Shown one piece after another: positions 58,848 to 64,000 of a stretch of 64,000 bases of DNA; positions within the stretch are counted from its first letter, which is position 1, and each line of letters opens with the position of its first letter. A model generated the notes under the pieces. The model saw only the letters and a list, made by a program, of their open reading frames with translations. It was not told the origin of the DNA and searched no databases. The position numbers and the translations under genes were made by a program. Source of the DNA: a virus. Where the stretch lies: IMG/VR virus record IMGVR_UViG_3300045988_055118, positions 8,622 to 72,621 of that record; one strand, given 5' to 3'.

Positions 58848-59622
58848 AATTAAGTACAATGTTACTAGATTTCCTGATGGAGAGCCTCAGTTTTTCCTTA
58901 CTGAGGAATTAAACAGAAAGGAATCTATTGATGTCATTTGTAGAATATCTAATACTGAGGATTTATTCCTCTTAGTGCAAGTAGGAGATATTTTAGATAG
59001 ACAAGAAGTAGAATGGGATTTACACATTACTTATTTAATGTCTATGCGTATGGATAGAGTAATGAGTTTTAATCGTCCATTCTCCTTGAAAGTAGTATGT
59101 AATATGTTAAATAGCTTAGGCTATAGAAACATATATGTTCTTGAGGCACATTCTAGTAGAACTTTTCATCTTCTTGGTGACAGATGTTTACCTTGGGAAT
59201 TTGGACACCACTCTTGGATTCCAGCCCAAAGTAATATCGTGTTCCCAGACCATGGGGCGAAGGACAGATATGGAAGTAACTATTCTCACTATGGTTATTT
59301 AGTCTTCAAAAAGGAAAGAAATCTAGAGACTGGAAGAATTGAGTCCTTTGAAATAGAGGAGTCTAAGAATTGCTACTATTCTACATTTGTGTTCATTGAT
59401 GACTTGTGTGATGCCGGAGGAACTTTCCTAGGAGAGCTTAAGGTTCTCAAAGAGAGATATCCAAATAGCAAGTTTATCATAATCGTATGTCACGCAGTTA
59501 ATGATAAAGGTCTGATTAATATGTGTAATAATTTTGACCAGGTTATTGTATCTAATTCTCATAGGGATATTAATTATCGTCCCAGCAACGAGAACTTAAC
59601 TGTAATAGACGTTTGTAAATAA
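58813..59622 (+). CDS. ribose-phosphate pyrophosphokinase (PRPP synthetase) family protein (Prs, or the ADPR-PP synthetase Adps variant)
   Basis: RFPDGEPQF (cf. Prs RFSDGEV), VLEAHS, FPDHGAKDRY, VFIDDLCDAGGTF (PRPP-binding loop). Confidence 0.6.
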   Translation: MKLNLINKEISEIKYNVTRFPDGEPQFFLTEELNRKESIDVICRISNTEDLFLLVQVGDILDRQEVEWDLHITYLMSMRMDRVMSFNRPFSLKVVCNMLNSLGYRNIYVLEAHSSRTFHLLGDRCLPWEFGHHSWIPAQSNIVFPDHGAKDRYGSNYSHYGYLVFKKERNLETGRIESFEIEESKNCYYSTFVFIDDLCDAGGTFLGELKVLKERYPNSKFIIIVCHAVNDKGLINMCNNFDQVIVSNSHRDINYRPSNENLTVIDVCK

Positions 59623-59632
59623 CAAAATAAAA

Positions 59633-59935
59633 ATGGTAATTGAAGGTCCTTTTTACAGACTTACTCCCATTAGTGAATCTTCTCCGAGGTTTGACTTGGA
59701 ATTGTTGTATGATATTGGTGGGAAAAATCCGAGAAAAGAATTTAAAGTGGAAGGCTATGGCTATCCCCTAGAAGCTGCTATAGAGCGATGTCGCCATTAT
59801 GCAGTAAGAAAAAAGTTCGGAAAAGATGAAGTTATAACTTTAGGTAGGTACTTAGATGAGTTTAAAAAGGCAAAGGAGGAAATTAAACTCGAAGTCTCAG
59901 GAGATTCAGGAGATTCTAGCGGAGAGGCTGAATAA
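59633..59935 (+). CDS. hypothetical protein
   Basis: 100 aa. Confidence 0.4.
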   Translation: MVIEGPFYRLTPISESSPRFDLELLYDIGGKNPRKEFKVEGYGYPLEAAIERCRHYAVRKKFGKDEVITLGRYLDEFKKAKEEIKLEVSGDSGDSSGEAE

Positions 59936-60329
59936 GCTTTGTAGATTCTTAGATGAGGAATATGACGTTAATTGTGGAGGGTGTTGCTATATAGCATACT
60001 GTCTAGCTAGGCTACTAAGTAGAGATAAATTCAAGTTCAAAGTCATTATTTACGAGGATTATGAACTAGAAGAAAAGTTTAGCGAAGTAGCGAGAAGTCA
60101 TTATCATTATGCGATTTCTATTGGAAAGTACACCATAAACGCAGCAGATTGTGATGATGACGATAGCTTTTGCAGAAATGTGTATACTGGCGTAAAAGCT
60201 TCCGAACTACTATCTCACTATCAGAAATGTAGCTGGAATGACTGTTATAATACTCAAAAGAATCAATTCATTTTTAAGACTATAAAGGTGTTTTATGACG
60301 ACCTCACGGAGGACTTACGAGAAGGATAA
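59856..60329 (+). CDS. hypothetical protein
   Basis: 157 aa. Confidence 0.45.
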   Translation: MSLKRQRRKLNSKSQEIQEILAERLNKLCRFLDEEYDVNCGGCCYIAYCLARLLSRDKFKFKVIIYEDYELEEKFSEVARSHYHYAISIGKYTINAADCDDDDSFCRNVYTGVKASELLSHYQKCSWNDCYNTQKNQFIFKTIKVFYDDLTEDLREG

Positions 60330-60579
60330 ACAAATTGTGCATACGCACGATAAGTTTATCTACTGTAGTTCAGTATATCAAATATGGAGCTGGGGAGCTG
60401 CTCTAATGGAAGAAAAATACTACTCTTCTAATAAACCTATTGTATTGAAAAAGAATCAACTATGTTGTAAGAGGAAGAAGTACTCTTTGCATAGATTCTT
60501 TGAATTACAATTTGCTCCCGAAGAATATTTAATTAATAACGGTTTTAAAATTGTAGAAAATGAAACAGGATGTGATTGA
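60295..60579 (+). CDS. hypothetical protein
   Basis: 94 aa. Confidence 0.35.
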   Translation: MTTSRRTYEKDKQIVHTHDKFIYCSSVYQIWSWGAALMEEKYYSSNKPIVLKKNQLCCKRKKYSLHRFFELQFAPEEYLINNGFKIVENETGCD

Positions 60580-61144
60580 GTACATGGTAGACTCATTTGT
60601 AGACTTTAAGGGTGAAGAACGTAAAATTGTAGCTTGTGCTTTAAGTCAGGCTGCTGAAGTAAGTGAGGATGATTGTGTCTTAGCAGTAGGTTGGGTAGCT
60701 CCCGATGAATACATATGCACAAATGATCCGGACTATGCTAGAATCTGTAGAGTAGTAACCGTTGGTATTGCAGTATGTAATCCTAGTGATACCTTCGATT
60801 TGGCTAAGGGACAGAAGAAGGCTTACGATAAGGCTCTTCATGATCCAAAGTGTCCAGCTATTTATACTACATCTAGAGGTGTAGCAGGTAAAGTGCTGGT
60901 AAAAGCATTCTTGGAACAGGAGCTTACTTTCTTGAAAGAAAATCCAGAGCGTATCATTAAGGGGTATAACCAAATGAAAGCTCGATTCGAAAGAAAAGAA
61001 GCCCTCAAGAACGAAATCAAAAATCTCTCTGATAAAGAGAAGCAAGCTTTGAATCTAGCTAAAGAAGGTATAGATGTAGTTAAATGCGCTGAACTGGTAA
61101 CTAAAGCCAAGGCAATAGGCGTTGAGCTAAATGAACAGGACTAA
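60560..61144 (+). CDS. hypothetical protein
   Basis: 194 aa. Confidence 0.5.
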   Translation: MKQDVIEYMVDSFVDFKGEERKIVACALSQAAEVSEDDCVLAVGWVAPDEYICTNDPDYARICRVVTVGIAVCNPSDTFDLAKGQKKAYDKALHDPKCPAIYTTSRGVAGKVLVKAFLEQELTFLKENPERIIKGYNQMKARFERKEALKNEIKNLSDKEKQALNLAKEGIDVVKCAELVTKAKAIGVELNEQD

Positions 61145-61436
61145 GTTTTGCTATATCTTAATAGCCTTGATGGGATTGCTAATTATTTATTTGCTAATAC
61201 CTAAGAAGGAAACCGCAGTTTCTCCGCCTAATGTGCAGGAAATAGTAAGGGATTCTATAATTAGAGATAGCATCTATATAGTTAACGATTCCATCGTGGA
61301 GAAAATTAAGTATATAGACAAAGAGTATGATGAGAAAGTATCTACTATTATGTCTAGTTCTGATAGCATCAATTTGTGCTTTTTCTCAGAATACATCGAC
61401 CGTTACAATAACCAGCGAGCAACTAAAAACAACTAA
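61131..61436 (+). CDS. membrane-anchored small protein
   Basis: FCYILIALMGLLIIYLLI. Confidence 0.35.
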   Translation: MNRTKFCYILIALMGLLIIYLLIPKKETAVSPPNVQEIVRDSIIRDSIYIVNDSIVEKIKYIDKEYDEKVSTIMSSSDSINLCFFSEYIDRYNNQRATKNN

Positions 61437-61701
61437 TCTGATATTTGCCGAGCATCAGAAGTTGTCTGAAACTGTTCCGTTATTGAATAAGCGAATAACT
61501 AATCTAGAACTAATAAATAAGAGTTGGGAAAAAACGGATTCTCTTCGTAGAGTTCAGTTACTGTATTATGGAAACATAATTGAAGATAAAAATAGATCTA
61601 TTGAAGGTCTTAATAAGTCTTTAAAAAAGAAGCAGAATGTCATTAAATATGGCGCTGCTGGTTCATGTGTATTAATATTATTATGCCTATTACTGAAGTA
61701 A
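61327..61701 (+). CDS. secreted/membrane protein (signal peptide plus C-terminal TM)
   Basis: MMRKYLLLCLVLIASICAFSQ; C-terminal GAAGSCVLILLCLLL. Confidence 0.4.
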   Translation: MMRKYLLLCLVLIASICAFSQNTSTVTITSEQLKTTNLIFAEHQKLSETVPLLNKRITNLELINKSWEKTDSLRRVQLLYYGNIIEDKNRSIEGLNKSLKKKQNVIKYGAAGSCVLILLCLLLK

Positions 61702-61855
61702 TGTTTAAGGACAAAGATGGTTTTCACTACAAACATCCTGAACGTAGCTGCACTAGGTGTAAGAATTACCCTTGCTTGCCTAACATGGATAAGCTGCAAG
61801 GAGACTTCGCTTCTTATGGTTGTAGGAAGTTCGAGGATATTAATACATTTGAAGT

Positions 61856-62179
61856 GTGGAAACCAAAGAAGTAACTTACCATGTCAAATTTGTTGCTGAA
61901 TGTGAGGACGGGATGGGATACGCTAATTATGTCTTTGAAAGGCTAGAATATGATAATCTAGATTACAAGGATATAATGTGTGTTCGATTCCCGAATTGGA
62001 ACCAGTGTTCTATGAAATTAGGAGATGTCGGCTATGTTTCACTAAGATACGTAGAAGAAGGCATCGATAGATGGTACGATGGTAAAGATTTTGTTCCATA
62101 CAAGGATAGTAATATAATTTTCTTGAAATTTATTCATGAAAAGCCTATCATTGAAGATGGACAAATATTATTAGATTAA
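61856..62179 (+). CDS. hypothetical protein
   Basis: 107 aa. Confidence 0.4.
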   Translation: METKEVTYHVKFVAECEDGMGYANYVFERLEYDNLDYKDIMCVRFPNWNQCSMKLGDVGYVSLRYVEEGIDRWYDGKDFVPYKDSNIIFLKFIHEKPIIEDGQILLD

Positions 62180-62224
62180 CATTAAAAAGGAGATAAACTA
62201 TGAAGTATTTTTAAAGAATAATTT

Positions 62225-63088
62225 ATGACTGTATTAGGAGATAAGCTGAGAGAGGCTTTGAGCGATAAAGCAAACGACGTTAATAGCTATGTATGGAAAG
62301 GACCTAAGGTAAATGGGGTCCAGGAGGAAATTAAATTGGTAGACGCAGGTTATGACCAGCTGAGACGATTCTACAATCATTGTGAACAAATGTTGTACAA
62401 CTCTGATACCAAGAATCCGGGTCGTGTAACATTACTCGGAATTGTGTCCGACCAAATACAAAGATGTCGTGCAGAGCTTCTTATTAGATGGCTTAGAGCT
62501 GAAAAGCAATACACAAACACACGTTGTTTGGAAGACTTGAAAGCTGTTATCAAAAACAATAAGGAAGTGTTAACTAATGAGGCTATTAAGGTCTATCCAA
62601 TTGGAGAGATTCTTAATGGAATCCCTGTAGAGTTTAGAGAAGTACCAGTAAGTTTAGTTATGGATGCTTGTTTAGATTCCTTGGGATTGTTTGACAACTC
62701 TCATTTGACGCTTAACTTCATTGTAAAAATGGGACTGTGGTTTACACAGCAAGAAATGCAGAAAGACTTGTATCGTAAAGACCCAGTGACAGGTAAAGCT
62801 GTTAACAGACTGTTAGTAGTAAGTAAGGAACTTCGTTTGAATCCTTCTATAGCTCTGAAAATCTGTGATACTGGATTAAGTTATGCTGAGTTTAGATCTA
62901 TGTGTAGATTGAAACGAGATAAATATGCTAACTTAACTAGTGATCAGCTCAGACTGCTATCAAACAAAGTTCTTTATCGCTTCCAAAATCAATGCGAGAA
63001 CCAGGCTAAACAATGGAAGGATAAGATGGAAGAAATCAAGAAAGTTGCAGAACTTAAAGGATGGGACATCACTAGGAATATAGATTGA
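62225..63088 (+). CDS. hypothetical protein
   Basis: 287 aa. Confidence 0.5.
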   Translation: MTVLGDKLREALSDKANDVNSYVWKGPKVNGVQEEIKLVDAGYDQLRRFYNHCEQMLYNSDTKNPGRVTLLGIVSDQIQRCRAELLIRWLRAEKQYTNTRCLEDLKAVIKNNKEVLTNEAIKVYPIGEILNGIPVEFREVPVSLVMDACLDSLGLFDNSHLTLNFIVKMGLWFTQQEMQKDLYRKDPVTGKAVNRLLVVSKELRLNPSIALKICDTGLSYAEFRSMCRLKRDKYANLTSDQLRLLSNKVLYRFQNQCENQAKQWKDKMEEIKKVAELKGWDITRNID

Positions 63089-64000
63089 TGAAAGACCTCT
63101 TTACTCCTGTTACTCGTGATGAGCGACAGGAGCAATGTAAGAGAGCCTGGTTATTACATAAAGGAAGAGGCACCATAGAAGCCTGTACAGGCTTTGGTAA
63201 AACACGATGTGCTATTAATTGTTTAAAGGCTGTTCTATCTAAATATCCTACTATTAGAGCATTGGTAGTAGTCCCCACGGAACTTTTAAAGAACCAGTGG
63301 ATAGATATATTAGATAAGGAAGGTCTAGGGTTAAATACAGAGGTGCAAGTTGTAAATACTACAGCAAAGAATGGATACGAATGTGACTTTTTAATCATTG
63401 ATGAAATCCATAGAACTGCTGCTGAGACTTTACAATTTGTATTTAGTAAGGTTAAATACAAGTTAATTCTTGGGCTAACTGCTACTCTGGAAAGACTTGA
63501 CGGTAGACATACTATAGTCGAGAAATATTGCCCTGTAGTTGATAGTGTAACTATTGAAGTAGCCAAAGCCAATGGTTGGGTATCTGATTTTACTGAATAT
63601 CAAGTAATTATCACAGCAGAAGACATCGAAAGCTATCGAGAGCAAAATAGGGAATTTATAAGACATTTTGAATTCTTTAACTTTGATTTTGGACTCGCAA
63701 TGAGTATGGTTGGTAAAGACGGCCTCAGAAATAGGCTTAATTACAGAAACCAGATTTGCAGTAGTTCGGATAAAGCTGAGCTGTCTAATGCTTTGAAGCA
63801 GATTACCTTTCATTCTACAGCTTTTATGAGAGCTTTACAAGCTAGAAAAAAGTTTATCCATAATCATCCGGCTAAATTAGAAGTGGCTAGGGAGATTATT
63901 GCTCACAGAGCAGACAAGAAAATTATTACATTCTCTGCTAACACTGCAATGGCAGAGAAGATAGGAGTAGGATATGTTTACACTGGCAAAGAAAGTAAAA
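63088..64000 (+). CDS. SF2 helicase (DEIH box), truncated at window end
   Basis: GFGKT (motif I), DEIH (motif II), LGLTATLER (motif III). Confidence 0.6.
   Translation, partial: MKDLFTPVTRDERQEQCKRAWLLHKGRGTIEACTGFGKTRCAINCLKAVLSKYPTIRALVVVPTELLKNQWIDILDKEGLGLNTEVQVVNTTAKNGYECDFLIIDEIHRTAAETLQFVFSKVKYKLILGLTATLERLDGRHTIVEKYCPVVDSVTIEVAKANGWVSDFTEYQVIITAEDIESYREQNREFIRHFEFFNFDFGLAMSMVGKDGLRNRLNYRNQICSSSDKAELSNALKQITFHSTAFMRALQARKKFIHNHPAKLEVAREIIAHRADKKIITFSANTAMAEKIGVGYVYTGKESK

Overview
This window reads as part of a large AT-rich tailed phage genome whose host is probably in the Bacteroidetes. The host call rests on an OmpA-family gene carrying a Bacteroidetes-type signal peptide, and the genome is possibly crAss-like. 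All coordinates were worked out by hand from the sequence and tRNA ends are accurate only to a few nt.

Two gene blocks meet at a divergent intergenic region at about 20.2-20.5 kb.

(1) Late/structural block, about 1-20.2 kb, mostly minus strand. In-frame TAG codons are so frequent that the six-frame ORF track breaks single genes into pieces; adjacent pieces lie in the same frame and are separated only by TAG. This fits TAG being read as a sense codon (probably Gln) in late genes, while TAA and TGA behave as real stops. A Gln-type suppressor tRNA with anticodon CUA lies at 19590-19661 (-) at the block boundary. Inside the recoded block is a complete diversity-generating retroelement (DGR): a reverse transcriptase (602-1876, -, with two in-frame TAGs), a 91-nt template repeat (TR, 2020-2110) and a variable repeat (VR1, 2221-2311) at the C-terminus of the adjacent target gene. 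A second variable repeat (VR2, 29053-29143) sits about 27 kb away on the opposite strand in a standard-code gene. Every TR/VR mismatch falls at a TR adenine.

(2) Standard-code plus-strand block, about 20.5-64 kb. It contains an array of about 25 tRNAs, including duplicated Tyr and Cys, three CAT-anticodon tRNAs, a candidate UUA-anticodon tRNA and two tRNA-like elements with enlarged anticodon loops. It also holds a tmRNA-like RNA (43376-43936), a signal-peptide protein/NfeD/flotillin (SPFH) operon, a radical-SAM protein, a 2H-phosphoesterase, two AAA+ ATPases (one ClpX-like), RNase H, a GH73 glucosaminidase with a membrane anchor, an OmpA-family protein, a NadV/Namat-like plus Prs/Adps-like plus HAD cluster (candidate NAD+ reconstitution), an SF2 helicase truncated at the window end, and many small hypothetical genes chained by ATGA overlaps.

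No CRISPR array and no obvious transposase or IS element was seen.
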